A stretch of 64,000 nt of DNA from an uncultured Gammaproteobacteria bacterium (lineage in GTDB: Bacteria > Patescibacteriota > Patescibacteriia > UBA2591 > UBA6264), in assembly GCA_964596735.1 (NCBI GenBank), contig CAZQVF010000003.1:42611-106610 (forward strand), in the 5' to 3' direction. Below, one piece after another: positions 1-8,896 of the stretch (position 1 is the first letter of the stretch; every line of letters starts with the position of its first letter). The notes below the pieces were generated by a model. It saw nothing but the letters and a program-made list of their open reading frames with translations. It was not told the origin of the DNA and made no database searches. Position numbers and translations under genes: made by a program.

Positions 1-954
1 CACCAAGGTTCTGGGACCGGGTAAATTAGAAACAATAACAGGCTTGGCACAAGCCATCGCCTCTAAAGAAACAAGGCCAAAGGCTTCTGAACGAGTCAGC
101 GAAGGAAAAGCAAAAACATCACCCAGATTATAATAATCTGGCAATTCATTATCCCCTATTTTACCAGCAAAAACCACCCTGTTTTCAATGTTTAAATCCT
201 TAACTAATTTTTCATAACCTGGTCTTAAATCACCATCACCAACAACCAATAATTTTAAACCAGGCATTTTATTCTTCAGCTTATCAACAACCCTAATCAA
301 TAACTTAACTCCTTTAAAATAATGAGCTTTATCCAATCCCCCGACTGATAAAACAACCTGGCTATTTTCCAAACCATGTTTGCTTAACAATGAGGGCCTT
401 TTAGTTTTTGGATAAAACCTAGCCTGATCAACCCCAAAAGAACTAACCACAAACTTATCTTTATTTCTTAACCAATACTTTTTAATATTAGAATGTTTTA
501 AATAATCTAAAGAAGAAATTAAAACCTTATCTGCTTTTTTAAAAAACAAAGGATTAAAGAAAAAAGAGATTAATTTAAAAATCAAACCTCTTAATCCAGG
601 AGCAATCGGGTCCATGTGATATTGAACAATCAACTTGGCTCTTGACCTTTTAAACCAATACCACAAAAGAAAAACTTCTGCTCCGCCAAAAAACGGCCAA
701 TGAACATGAATAACATCAAAATCTTTCAAGCCCTTAGCAATCCCTGGCACAAAAGCAGCATTACCATATTTAAACAAGGGTTTAACGTGTTTTACTTTAA
801 AACCATGTTCTTCTCTATCATTTTTAACCTCTCCAGGAACAAAAACAACCACTTTATGGCCTAATTTTACCAATTCTTGAACCTGAGCCAAACAAACATT
901 GCCCATTCCCCCTTTATAGGGCGGAAAGGTTGAAATCAGATGCGCAATTTTCAT
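1..954 (-). CDS. Glycosyltransferase family 1 (GT4-like). The C-terminal part is cut by the window edge and the start codon is at 952-954.
   Basis: The reverse-strand translation begins MKIAHLISTFPPYKGGMG. It contains an EAMACAKPVI-type motif typical of GT1/GT4 enzymes. The ORF is absent from the track because it runs off the window. Confidence 0.55.
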   Translation of the reverse strand, partial: MKIAHLISTFPPYKGGMGNVCLAQVQELVKLGHKVVVFVPGEVKNDREEHGFKVKHVKPLFKYGNAAFVPGIAKGLKDFDVIHVHWPFFGGAEVFLLWYWFKRSRAKLIVQYHMDPIAPGLRGLIFKLISFFFNPLFFKKADKVLISSLDYLKHSNIKKYWLRNKDKFVVSSFGVDQARFYPKTKRPSLLSKHGLENSQVVLSVGGLDKAHYFKGVKLLIRVVDKLKNKMPGLKLLVVGDGDLRPGYEKLVKDLNIENRVVFAGKIGDNELPDYYNLGDVFAFPSLTRSEAFGLVSLEAMACAKPVIVSNLPGPRTLV

Positions 955-973
955 GCTCTAATTTTACCACATC

Positions 974-1002
974 TTGACAAAAACACAATTTTTTGCTATA
1001 CT
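974..1002 (+). promoter_or_regulatory. Sigma70-type promoter TTGACA-17-TATACT upstream of the DGR target gene.
   Basis: TTGACA lies at 974-979, followed by a 17-nt spacer and TATACT at 997-1002. The RBS AAGGAGGT is at 1063-1070. Confidence 0.5.
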
Positions 1003-1075
1003 ATCAATATTAAATTTCCTGTTTAACAGGACGCTTACCCGAGCGACTCGGGCAACCTTACAAAGGAGGTGTGCC

Positions 1076-1840
1076 ATGAAAATGGTGAGCCGCAGTTTAA
1101 CAGTACACAAAGAGCACGAAATTCTTCTCAAGCTGGAAAACGCCGGACTGAATGACAAACTGGCGCAGAAAGTAATTAATTCCAAAGACAATGTGCTGGC
1201 CAAGAAAGTAGTGGCATTAATCCAAAATAACGGATTTATGCCGACAACAACACAAAGACGCGCCAGAGAAATCATGGGTCAAAACTTCTTTGGAATAGAA
1301 GAGGCCATTCGGCATTTTGGAATCAGTCCTTTAAAAAGACAGTTCACGGCTTTAGCAGAAATTCCGTTTACGGAAGGAGTTCTTAAAAAATACAAGGACA
1401 CCCATATCCTAGTAGCCGTATTTCCACTTTCCTTAATCCAGATTCGCAGCAAGGTCGCAGAAAAAGAAAAACTCTTTTACGAGCAAGACTGGTATAGCGA
1501 AGAAAAATTTGCCCATAAAAAAGGCAGATTAAACTGGCGACTAATCAGAAAAACACCTGTTGACAATTCAATCAACAAGAACTGGAGCGAACAACAATCA
1601 TTGCTGAAACAAGATGAATACACACCAACGGTCCAAACAATGACCTATACAATCATTGGACATTACTTGGCTACAGGAGAAAGATTGTTTGAGCGTATTT
1701 ACGTACGCTGTAATGACGTCTCTTCTGACGGCGGCCGTGCCTATGTTGGCAACTTTTTTTCGGATGGTTTGAACGTCCGCAACTTCTGGGGCGGCTTTCG
1801 CAACGATAGCTTGGCAGTCGCCTCGGCTCGGAAGTCCTGA
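1076..1840 (+). CDS. DGR target protein carrying the variable repeat at its C-terminus. The likely true start is ATG 1076; the track ORF starts at 974.
   Basis: A strong SD lies 5 nt upstream of ATG 1076. The last ~40 codons are duplicated downstream as the template repeat, with adenine-specific differences. Confidence 0.7.
   Translation: MKMVSRSLTVHKEHEILLKLENAGLNDKLAQKVINSKDNVLAKKVVALIQNNGFMPTTTQRRAREIMGQNFFGIEEAIRHFGISPLKRQFTALAEIPFTEGVLKKYKDTHILVAVFPLSLIQIRSKVAEKEKLFYEQDWYSEEKFAHKKGRLNWRLIRKTPVDNSINKNWSEQQSLLKQDEYTPTVQTMTYTIIGHYLATGERLFERIYVRCNDVSSDGGRAYVGNFFSDGLNVRNFWGGFRNDSLAVASARKS
1719..1836 (+). repeat. DGR variable repeat (VR) at the 3' end of the target gene.
   Basis: Aligns over 118 bp to 2232-2349. 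There are 14 mismatches, 13 of them at template adenines. The 3' 36 bp are identical and GC-rich (IMH-like). Confidence 0.8.
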
Positions 1841-1878
1841 TATTTGAAATCTTGATTACTTAATGCTCTTGAATCCTT

Positions 1879-1935
1879 GAGTCTCTGCCACATCCACTAA
1901 AAAAGTGGTTTTGCAGCAGAGACTCTTTTCTTTTA
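1879..1935 (+). terminator. Stem-loop gagtctctgc/gcagagactc (1879-1888 and 1916-1925) with a nested ccact-A6-agtgg, followed by a T-run.
   Basis: A 10-bp inverted repeat is seen 40 nt after the target stop. It could be an intrinsic terminator or the DGR target-recognition hairpin. Confidence 0.45.
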
Positions 1936-2231
1936 TTAAAAATAATGTATAATAATGATGTTTGACCAATAAAGATTAGGTTAAGGTTTAATCTTGTCAA
2001 ACGTCTCTTCTTTGATACTTCACCGGAATATCATATGTCTATGGACTGCGATAGTGTGTGAATAAAGACAGAGATAGAACTTCTTGTCTGTTTTTGGTAG
2101 AGATTTTACTCAAAATGCTCTCAAATAAAATACAAGGAAAAGAAGATATGGTCTGTTCTGCCTGATAATGGGCAGAATTTATTAGAGAAAATCTTCAATT
2201 CCCGGTGGTTTAGATGAAAATGGACAAATAT

Positions 2232-2349
2232 TCACTTCTGACGGCAACCGTGCCTATATTGGCAACTTTGATTCGGATGGTTTGAACGTCAACAACAACT
2301 GGGACGACAATCGCAACGATAGCTTGGCAGTCGCCTCGGCTCGGAAGTC
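2232..2349 (+). repeat. DGR template repeat (TR).
   Basis: Invariant, AAC-rich copy of the VR lying between the target gene and the RT. It has adenines at every VR-differing position but one. Confidence 0.8.
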
Positions 2350-2396
2350 ATTATCTGTCAAATTAAAATACTCTGGCTTAAATCAGAGTATTTTAA

Positions 2397-2750
2397 TTAA
2401 ATTTCTTTACAAGATTTTAACCAACCACCAAGCATACGACCAATTTCGTCAATCTCCTTTTGTAATACAACATACTTTCTTGGATCAATGGTCTTGACAT
2501 CCTTCATTAAGCGAATAAAAACCCTTAAAAGATTGAGTTTTGTGCTGGCTTTTTCCAGAGTTGAGACCTTTCTAATTTTGCTCTGCTGACTGGCTAAAAG
2601 AGTTAATTCCAAAATTTCCAAAATCACATTTTCTGATTTTTGCCAAATCGTATAACGATCCTGCCTATTAATATGATTTCTAAAACTATAAAAGGTTTTA
2701 TAAAAATCATAAATGTTTTTTAAAATTGGTGCGTCAAATTTGTTCAACAT
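2397..2750 (-). CDS. avd: Avd-like accessory variability determinant (four-helix-bundle family protein), 117 aa.
   Basis: Basic helical protein with the C-terminal motif EIDEIGRMLGGWLKS typical of the four-helix-bundle / 23S rRNA-IVS family to which Avd belongs. It lies between TR and RT but on the opposite strand. Confidence 0.5.
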   Translation of the reverse strand: MLNKFDAPILKNIYDFYKTFYSFRNHINRQDRYTIWQKSENVILEILELTLLASQQSKIRKVSTLEKASTKLNLLRVFIRLMKDVKTIDPRKYVVLQKEIDEIGRMLGGWLKSCKEI

Positions 2751-3800
2751 ATGAAAATTTTTAAAAATATATTTAATAAAATTATATCCTTGGAAAATTT
2801 ATTTTCAGCATGGGAAAAATTTAAAAAAAATAAAAATAAAAAATTAGATGTTTTAAGATTTGAAATTAATTTAGAACAAAATATTTTTCAATTACATTAT
2901 AATTTAAAAAATCAAACTTATCAACACGGAGAATATCAGTCTTTTTACATTAATGACCCCGTACAACGACATATCCATAAAGCCGTGGTTCGCGACCGCG
3001 TTTTACACCATGCAATTTATAAAATCATCATGCCCATATTTGAACCAACATTCATTTCAAATTCATTTTCATGTCGTCCAGGAAAAGGAACACATAAGGG
3101 TGTATCAACAGTTGAATCTATGCTCTGTAAAGAAAGTTGTAATTACACAATTACATGTTTTGCTCTTAAGGGCGATATTAAAAAATTCTTTGCTTCTGTA
3201 AATCACAAAATACTACTCAAAATCATTAATAAAAAAATAAAAGATGAAAAAACAATGTGGCTAATTAAAGAAGTTATTGGTAGTTTTTCAACTAAAAATA
3301 TTGACTTGCTTAATCTTTATGGTCTGCCAATTGGAAATTTAACCTCCCAGTTATTCGCAAATATTTATATGAATGAATTTGATCAGTTTATAAAGCATAA
3401 ACTTATAGTAAAACAATACGTTAGATATACTGATGATTTTATCATAATCTCAAAAAACAAAGATTACTTAACAAACCTAATCAAATTAATCCAAGAATTC
3501 CTTAAAACAAATCTCGCCCTTAAATTGCATCCTAAAAAAATTTCAATTAAAAAAATAAGTCAAGGAGTAGATTTTCTTGGTTATATATTGTTTCCATATC
3601 ATCGCTTATTGCGAACAAAGACTAAAAAAAGAATTTTTAAAAAAATGAAGCAACAAATATTTTACTACCATCAAGGACATATCAGTGAAAAAACCTTAAA
3701 CCAATCTTTGCAATCTTACTTGGGAACACTTTCACATGCCAATACATATCAGTTAAGTAAAAATTTAAAAAATTATTTTTGGTTCTGGATAACCGACTGA
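2751..3800 (+). CDS. Diversity-generating retroelement reverse transcriptase.
   Basis: N-terminal LENLFSAWEKFKKNK, RT domain-2 CRPGKGTHKG, the DGR-specific LPIGNLTSQLFANIYMNEF motif (IGxxxSQ) and the YxDD box RYTDDF. Confidence 0.85.
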   Translation: MKIFKNIFNKIISLENLFSAWEKFKKNKNKKLDVLRFEINLEQNIFQLHYNLKNQTYQHGEYQSFYINDPVQRHIHKAVVRDRVLHHAIYKIIMPIFEPTFISNSFSCRPGKGTHKGVSTVESMLCKESCNYTITCFALKGDIKKFFASVNHKILLKIINKKIKDEKTMWLIKEVIGSFSTKNIDLLNLYGLPIGNLTSQLFANIYMNEFDQFIKHKLIVKQYVRYTDDFIIISKNKDYLTNLIKLIQEFLKTNLALKLHPKKISIKKISQGVDFLGYILFPYHRLLRTKTKKRIFKKMKQQIFYYHQGHISEKTLNQSLQSYLGTLSHANTYQLSKNLKNYFWFWITD

Positions 3801-3902
3801 ATAAACGTTGATTTATTAAATAAAACACTGTTTAATTTTTAGTATAACTTATATTGTCTAACTATATTCAAATTTAAGACAAAAAACAAGATAAATCTAT
3901 TC

Positions 3903-3931
3903 TTGACAAAACCCCATAAAACTGTTAAATT
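3903..3931 (+). promoter_or_regulatory. Sigma70-like promoter TTGACA-17-TAAATT.
   Basis: TTGACA at 3903-3908 and TAAATT at 3926-3931. Confidence 0.4.
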
Positions 3932-3967
3932 CATAACAGATATTCAATCACAACTAAAGGAGGGTCT

Positions 3968-4255
3968 ATGTCAAAGAAAAAACGTCCTTTAAGACTCTTG
4001 TTCCTTGATGAAGTAAAAATCTGGCGACAAGAAAAAGGCAATAAAATAACCGATAAACTTTTGGCTAAATTAGTAAATTACCGCCATGCTCACTTTGGAG
4101 AAAATGAAACAACGGTTTGGGAAGTTATTCAAGACCAGATATTGTTACGCGTCAAACAAGAAAAAACATCACCCGCAGAATTCATTGTCATGCTTTTTAG
4201 TAAAGAAAATGCATCTGAATTTATGCAAGCCTTTGAAGGAATAAATTCTAAATAA
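3968..4255 (+). CDS. Hypothetical small protein, 95 aa.
   Basis: ORF with the strong RBS AAGGAGGG; no recognisable domain. Confidence 0.4.
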   Translation: MSKKKRPLRLLFLDEVKIWRQEKGNKITDKLLAKLVNYRHAHFGENETTVWEVIQDQILLRVKQEKTSPAEFIVMLFSKENASEFMQAFEGINSK

Positions 4256-4268
4256 ATGGTTTGTTAAA

Positions 4269-4290
4269 GCGCCCCTGAATAACGGGGCGC
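4269..4290 (+). terminator. Hairpin gcgcccc-tgaataa-ggggcgc.
   Basis: A 7-bp GC stem after the ORF. The T-tract is weak. Confidence 0.35.
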
Positions 4291-4356
4291 TTCACATTTA
4301 CAAACTTAAACTTATTTGTTAAATTAACAACATATCTTACAAACTATTTAAAAAAT

Positions 4357-4803
4357 ATGTCAGAATGTATTTTTTGCAAAATTATTGCCAATGAAATCCC
4401 TTCGGCCAAAATCTGGGAAAATGAGGACTTCTTAGCCATCTTAGACCTCTGTCCCAACACCAAGGGAATGACCCTGGTTATGCCCAAGGCTCATTATGAT
4501 TCTTATGCTTTTAACATGCCTGATGATGTTTATGAAAAACTTCTTTTAGCTGGAAAAGAAGTAGCCAAGTTATTAGACAGAAAACTAAAGACTAAAAGAA
4601 CAGCCATGGTTATGGAAGGAATGGGTATTAATCACGCTCATCTTAAACTTTATCCTTTACATGGTTTAGAAGAGGAATTCAAAGACATGGAAGTAAAAAA
4701 AGATATCTTTTTTAAAAAATACCCGGGCTACACCACTACTCAACTAGGCCCCCAGGCTGATTCAGAAGAATTAAAAAAACTGGCTGAACAAATCAGGGAA
4801 TAA
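4357..4803 (+). CDS. HIT family (histidine triad) hydrolase.
   Basis: CIFCKI N-terminus and the HxHxHxx motif NHAHLKLYP. Confidence 0.75.
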   Translation: MSECIFCKIIANEIPSAKIWENEDFLAILDLCPNTKGMTLVMPKAHYDSYAFNMPDDVYEKLLLAGKEVAKLLDRKLKTKRTAMVMEGMGINHAHLKLYPLHGLEEEFKDMEVKKDIFFKKYPGYTTTQLGPQADSEELKKLAEQIRE

Positions 4804-4872
4804 AACAAAAAATGCTCTTTTTAAAAGCATTCTTGTTATTAAATTATTATTACCAAATAATATAATATATTA

Positions 4873-5922
4873 TTACCAAATAATAATTTTTTTTATTAAT
4901 TGCCAATACGCTCCTAAAACAGGATTAACCACATATTTTAACAAAGGATGAGTAAGCCCAGCAAATTTAAATCTTGGTTCTAAGTATTTAACTAACTCTT
5001 TATCAGTAATCTTTCTTGTCTTTTGAATTCTTCTTCTTTTAATCAAGGTTTTAGGAATCTGCAATAAAACAGTAAAATAGGATTTGATTTTTAACAAAAA
5101 CCAGCCCGAAACTAAACTATAAGCCAAGACCCCCAGTTCCATAAATAACCAGGCAGGAAAAATCAAAATCAACGTAGGAATTTTATAAAACTTTAACAGG
5201 GTTAATAATCTGTTTCTCTCAGACCAATACCAGCAATTTTTAGAAATACCTTCAGTGTATTTATGATAAATCCTCGCCTCCGGCACTAATTTAATATCAT
5301 AATTTAAAAACCGCGCTCTTAAGCAAAGGTCTAAATCTTCATGATATAGAAACAAATCCTTGTCTAAAAACCCAACTTTTTTCAAGGCCGGCACATTTAT
5401 AAAAAGACCAGCCCCTGAACCATAGGTCAGGTTTGTTTCTAGTTTATCAATAACATCTTTCTTAGCTGGCTTTTTATACCCATCACAATAACCAAAACCT
5501 AAATAATGTATTTTGTCTCCAGCGGTTTGAATCTTATCTTTTCCAGGCCAGCAAAGAATCAAGGGCTGAACTGCAAAAACGTTTTTTTGTTTCTCAATCC
5601 CCTTTGTCAAATTCTCCAAGCAGTCTGGCTGACAAACAGTGTCTTGGTTTAAAAGAAAAATATAATCTGCTTTATTTTGCAAAGCTATTTCTATCCCCTG
5701 ATTATTACCCTGGGCAAAGCCCAGATTTTTTTCATTGGCAATTAAATCAACTTGAGGATATTTTTCTTTAATATATTTAACTGAATCGTCTTGCGAACCA
5801 TTATCAACGACAATAATTTCTTGAGGCGATAAAGTCTGCCTGGCTAAACTATTAAAACAATCGGGAAGATATTCCCGACCATTATAGGTAACAATAACAA
5901 TGGCAATTTTAGGTTCTTTCAT
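4873..5922 (-). CDS. Glycosyltransferase family 2.
   Basis: IAIVIVTYNG...DNGSQD...NLGFAQGNN, the GT2 DxD-type N-terminal domain. Confidence 0.75.
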   Translation of the reverse strand: MKEPKIAIVIVTYNGREYLPDCFNSLARQTLSPQEIIVVDNGSQDDSVKYIKEKYPQVDLIANEKNLGFAQGNNQGIEIALQNKADYIFLLNQDTVCQPDCLENLTKGIEKQKNVFAVQPLILCWPGKDKIQTAGDKIHYLGFGYCDGYKKPAKKDVIDKLETNLTYGSGAGLFINVPALKKVGFLDKDLFLYHEDLDLCLRARFLNYDIKLVPEARIYHKYTEGISKNCWYWSERNRLLTLLKFYKIPTLILIFPAWLFMELGVLAYSLVSGWFLLKIKSYFTVLLQIPKTLIKRRRIQKTRKITDKELVKYLEPRFKFAGLTHPLLKYVVNPVLGAYWQLIKKIIIW

Positions 5923-5926
5923 AAAA

Positions 5927-7291
5927 CTACAATAATGCTTTCATGGCCAGAGCGGCTTTTTTTAAATCATTGTAATTAGGCACCCGAGCATTTTCCAATA
6001 AATCAATCGCTGTTTGAGAAAACCGACCGCCCATGTAAACACAGACAATGGGTTTTTGAGGATATTTTCTTCTGGCCCTAATCACAACTTTGGCGTCTTC
6101 TTCTGACTCAGTGTTTGACTGCAAAGTCTGAATAACAATCAACCCACCAATATATTTTTCTGAAAGTAAAATATCAATAGCCGCTTCATACCTTTCCGCC
6201 AAAGCATCACCGACAATATCCAAGGGATTTCTCCTTGAATAAGCCGGATGCATTTTTCCTGACTGGTCTAGCTTTTTTAAAGTGGATTCTTTTAAATCAA
6301 CCAAGGGAACATTTAACTCTGAACAATGATCAGCACATAAAACACCACAACCCCCGCCATTAGTAACAATACCAACATCGCCTTTTAACTTGGGTAAATT
6401 TGCCAGAGCCTTGGCATTGTCAAATAATTCTTCAACCGTATCGGCAATTAAAACATTGCTTTGCTTAAAAGCGGCTTTGTAAATATCATAGCTCCCAGCC
6501 AAACTTCCTGTATGAGAACTAATGGCTTTAATCCCCTGCTTGCTTCGGCCGGCTTTTAAAACAATCATTGGCTTTTTTATTGTCTTAGCTACTCTCATAA
6601 ATTTTCGGCCATCATTTAATCCTTCAATGTATAGGGCGATTACCTTGGTGTTTTTGTCTTTATCAAAATATTCTAAAAAGTCAGCCACATCCAGCATTAA
6701 TTTATTGCCATAACTGACAATAGCGCTAAACCCATATCTGTTTTCAATAGACCAGTCAATAATTGAGTCAGCCAAAGCTCCTGACTGGGATATAAAAGCA
6801 ATCTCCCCCTTGGGAGGCATGGCCGGAGCAAAAGTAGCATTCATATTATTAACCGTCCTGATAATGCCTAAACAATTAGGGCCCAAAGTAGGAATATTAG
6901 CCTTTTTTAAAACCTGAGCTATTTGGTTCTGTAATCTTCTCCCCTGAGCATTAAATTCAGCAAAGCCAGCCGAGATGATAATAACGGATTTAACTCCTTT
7001 TTTAACACATTGATTAACCACCTTTAAAACAAGATTGGCCCGAACAACAATAATAGCCAAATCAATACTTTGTTTAATATCTAAAATACTCTGGTAACAT
7101 TTTAAATTAAGGATCTTGTCTGCCTTTGGATTAACTGGAAAAATTTTTCCTGAAAAAGGCTGACAATATTCAGAAGGGTAAACACAACCCGTAACTAAAT
7201 TCTTTAAAATACCATGACCAACAGCCTTCTCATTCCGAGAAGCACCAATGACAGCAATATTTTTTGGATTAAATAGTTTTTCTAAATTCAT
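5927..7291 (-). CDS. Acetate--CoA ligase (ADP-forming), CoA-binding / ligase-CoA subunit.
   Basis: NIAVIGASRNEKAVGH CoA-binding N-terminus with a succinyl-CoA-synthetase-alpha-like fold. It overlaps the downstream ATP-grasp subunit. Confidence 0.65.
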   Translation of the reverse strand: MNLEKLFNPKNIAVIGASRNEKAVGHGILKNLVTGCVYPSEYCQPFSGKIFPVNPKADKILNLKCYQSILDIKQSIDLAIIVVRANLVLKVVNQCVKKGVKSVIIISAGFAEFNAQGRRLQNQIAQVLKKANIPTLGPNCLGIIRTVNNMNATFAPAMPPKGEIAFISQSGALADSIIDWSIENRYGFSAIVSYGNKLMLDVADFLEYFDKDKNTKVIALYIEGLNDGRKFMRVAKTIKKPMIVLKAGRSKQGIKAISSHTGSLAGSYDIYKAAFKQSNVLIADTVEELFDNAKALANLPKLKGDVGIVTNGGGCGVLCADHCSELNVPLVDLKESTLKKLDQSGKMHPAYSRRNPLDIVGDALAERYEAAIDILLSEKYIGGLIVIQTLQSNTESEEDAKVVIRARRKYPQKPIVCVYMGGRFSQTAIDLLENARVPNYNDLKKAALAMKALL

Positions 7292-7893
7292 TGCATTATC
7301 CTCACATCAACAACAAGGGCCCCTCTGCTGCTAACCATTACCGGATTTAAATCAATCTCTTCTGCTTTCTCTTTTAATGAAAGCCTTGATAGCTTAACAA
7401 TAATATCAGCCAAAGCATTAATATTAACCGCTTGCTTTCCCCTCAAACCAGTTAACACTTTATAGGATTTAATTTCTTTAATCATTTCCAAGGCATCTTT
7501 TTTACTAACTGGACAAACCCTAAAACTAATATCTTTAATCACTTCAACAAAAATACCCCCAAGGCCAAACATAATTACGGGGCCAAATTGAGGGTCTTTT
7601 TTCATGCCAATAATAACTTCTTGTTTTTGACTGACCATCGGCTGCATCAGCACCTTCTGACTTATCTTTTTTAACTTTTTAAAAGCCTTAATTGCCTCTT
7701 CTTTGTTTTTTAAATCTAAAATAACACCGCCCTTATCAGTTTTATGAACAATCTTTTTAGAAAATACTTTTAAAACAATGGGGTATTTTACCCCATCTAA
7801 ATCCTTTTCTGTTTTAATAATCTTGGATTCAACAAACTTAATCTTATATTTCTTTAATAAAGCTAAACTTTTCTCAAAATTTAATTGCCTCAT
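7288..7893 (-). CDS. Acetate--CoA ligase (ADP-forming), ATP-grasp subunit.
   Basis: 201-aa ATP-grasp-like protein translationally coupled to the CoA-binding subunit. Confidence 0.6.
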   Translation of the reverse strand: MRQLNFEKSLALLKKYKIKFVESKIIKTEKDLDGVKYPIVLKVFSKKIVHKTDKGGVILDLKNKEEAIKAFKKLKKISQKVLMQPMVSQKQEVIIGMKKDPQFGPVIMFGLGGIFVEVIKDISFRVCPVSKKDALEMIKEIKSYKVLTGLRGKQAVNINALADIIVKLSRLSLKEKAEEIDLNPVMVSSRGALVVDVRIMQ

Positions 7894-7900
7894 AACCTTT

Positions 7901-8887
7901 TTATTTAGCTCTGGCCCTTATTTGACTCTTGGTTAAAAGTCCTTTTTGCGCCCCGATCTGATCAATAACTGAAGCACTATTATGCACCCCCCATTTTAAA
8001 GCTCTTTGAATATTTTTTGGCTGATAAAACAGACTAGCCACAAAGGCGGCGGAAAAAGAATCACCTGCTCCAGTGGTATTAATTACCTTGGACGGAGCCG
8101 GCCTTTGATAATAGACTTTTTCTCCATCATAAGCATAAGCACCTTTTTTCCCTACCGTAATAGCCACAACTTCCGGTCCCATTGTCCCAATTTCTTCTAA
8201 TAAGTATTTAATGCCCAAATTTCTTGTTTTTTTCCTTGATAAAACCAATTCTCTGGCCTCATCTTCATTAATAATTAAAACCTTGGTTTGTTTTAAATGT
8301 TTGCTTAATTTTCTAAAACCCGCTTTTAATTGAACATTGGAAGGATTCCAGGCAATTTTAACTCCTTTTTTAGCAAAAGAAAAAGCCTTGTCTAAAACAT
8401 TTTGCCAATTAGGCGAACTGACTGAAGAAATATAAAACCATTTAATATTTTTTAAATCAGAGGTCTTGGCTTTAAAAATTAAAGAGTCATTGGTGCCGCG
8501 ATAAGCAAAAATAGAATGGGCTCTTTTTATTTGTTTTAACCCAATAATAAAAGAAAAACCAGTACTTATCTTTTTATCAACCTGGATTAAGTGAGTATTA
8601 ATTTTATTCATTTTTAATGCTTTGATTAATTGATCCCCTTCTCTGTCCTGACCCACCCGGCCCATAATCGCCGCTTTTAATCCTAATTTGGAAAATCCTA
8701 CGGCAGTGTTGCTGGCTCCCCCGCCTGGTTCAAAATAGACTTTTTTTACATAAATCTTAGCTCCTAATTCAAAGCCGATTAATCTTTGGCGCAAAACATC
8801 TTTGGGGTTTTCCACCACTAATCCCTCAGTGGTTAAAAAAATAATATCTCGCATTACTCCGCCAATTGTTAAAATGTCATATTTCAT
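7901..8887 (-). CDS. PfkB-family carbohydrate kinase (ribokinase-like).
   Basis: C-terminal GAGDSFSAAFVA motif of the PfkB family. Confidence 0.7.
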   Translation of the reverse strand: MKYDILTIGGVMRDIIFLTTEGLVVENPKDVLRQRLIGFELGAKIYVKKVYFEPGGGASNTAVGFSKLGLKAAIMGRVGQDREGDQLIKALKMNKINTHLIQVDKKISTGFSFIIGLKQIKRAHSIFAYRGTNDSLIFKAKTSDLKNIKWFYISSVSSPNWQNVLDKAFSFAKKGVKIAWNPSNVQLKAGFRKLSKHLKQTKVLIINEDEARELVLSRKKTRNLGIKYLLEEIGTMGPEVVAITVGKKGAYAYDGEKVYYQRPAPSKVINTTGAGDSFSAAFVASLFYQPKNIQRALKWGVHNSASVIDQIGAQKGLLTKSQIRARAK

Positions 8888-8896
8888 AAAATTAAT

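Noticed and set aside
974-1075. Upstream extension of the DGR target ORF (start at 974)
   Set aside because: The first Met would lie inside the -35/-10 promoter. A strong SD precedes ATG 1076, which is the preferred start.
2282-2497. 71-aa plus-strand ORF covering the DGR template repeat
   Set aside because: It is simply the TR copy of the target C-terminus read in frame. It has no RBS and overlaps the Avd-like gene. It is treated as non-coding TR.
4806-4872. Direct repeat ttattaccaaataata x2 and the palindrome aatgc-N-gcatt between convergent genes
   Set aside because: This is most simply a bidirectional terminator or AT-rich low-complexity spacer. It is too short to call a distinct element.
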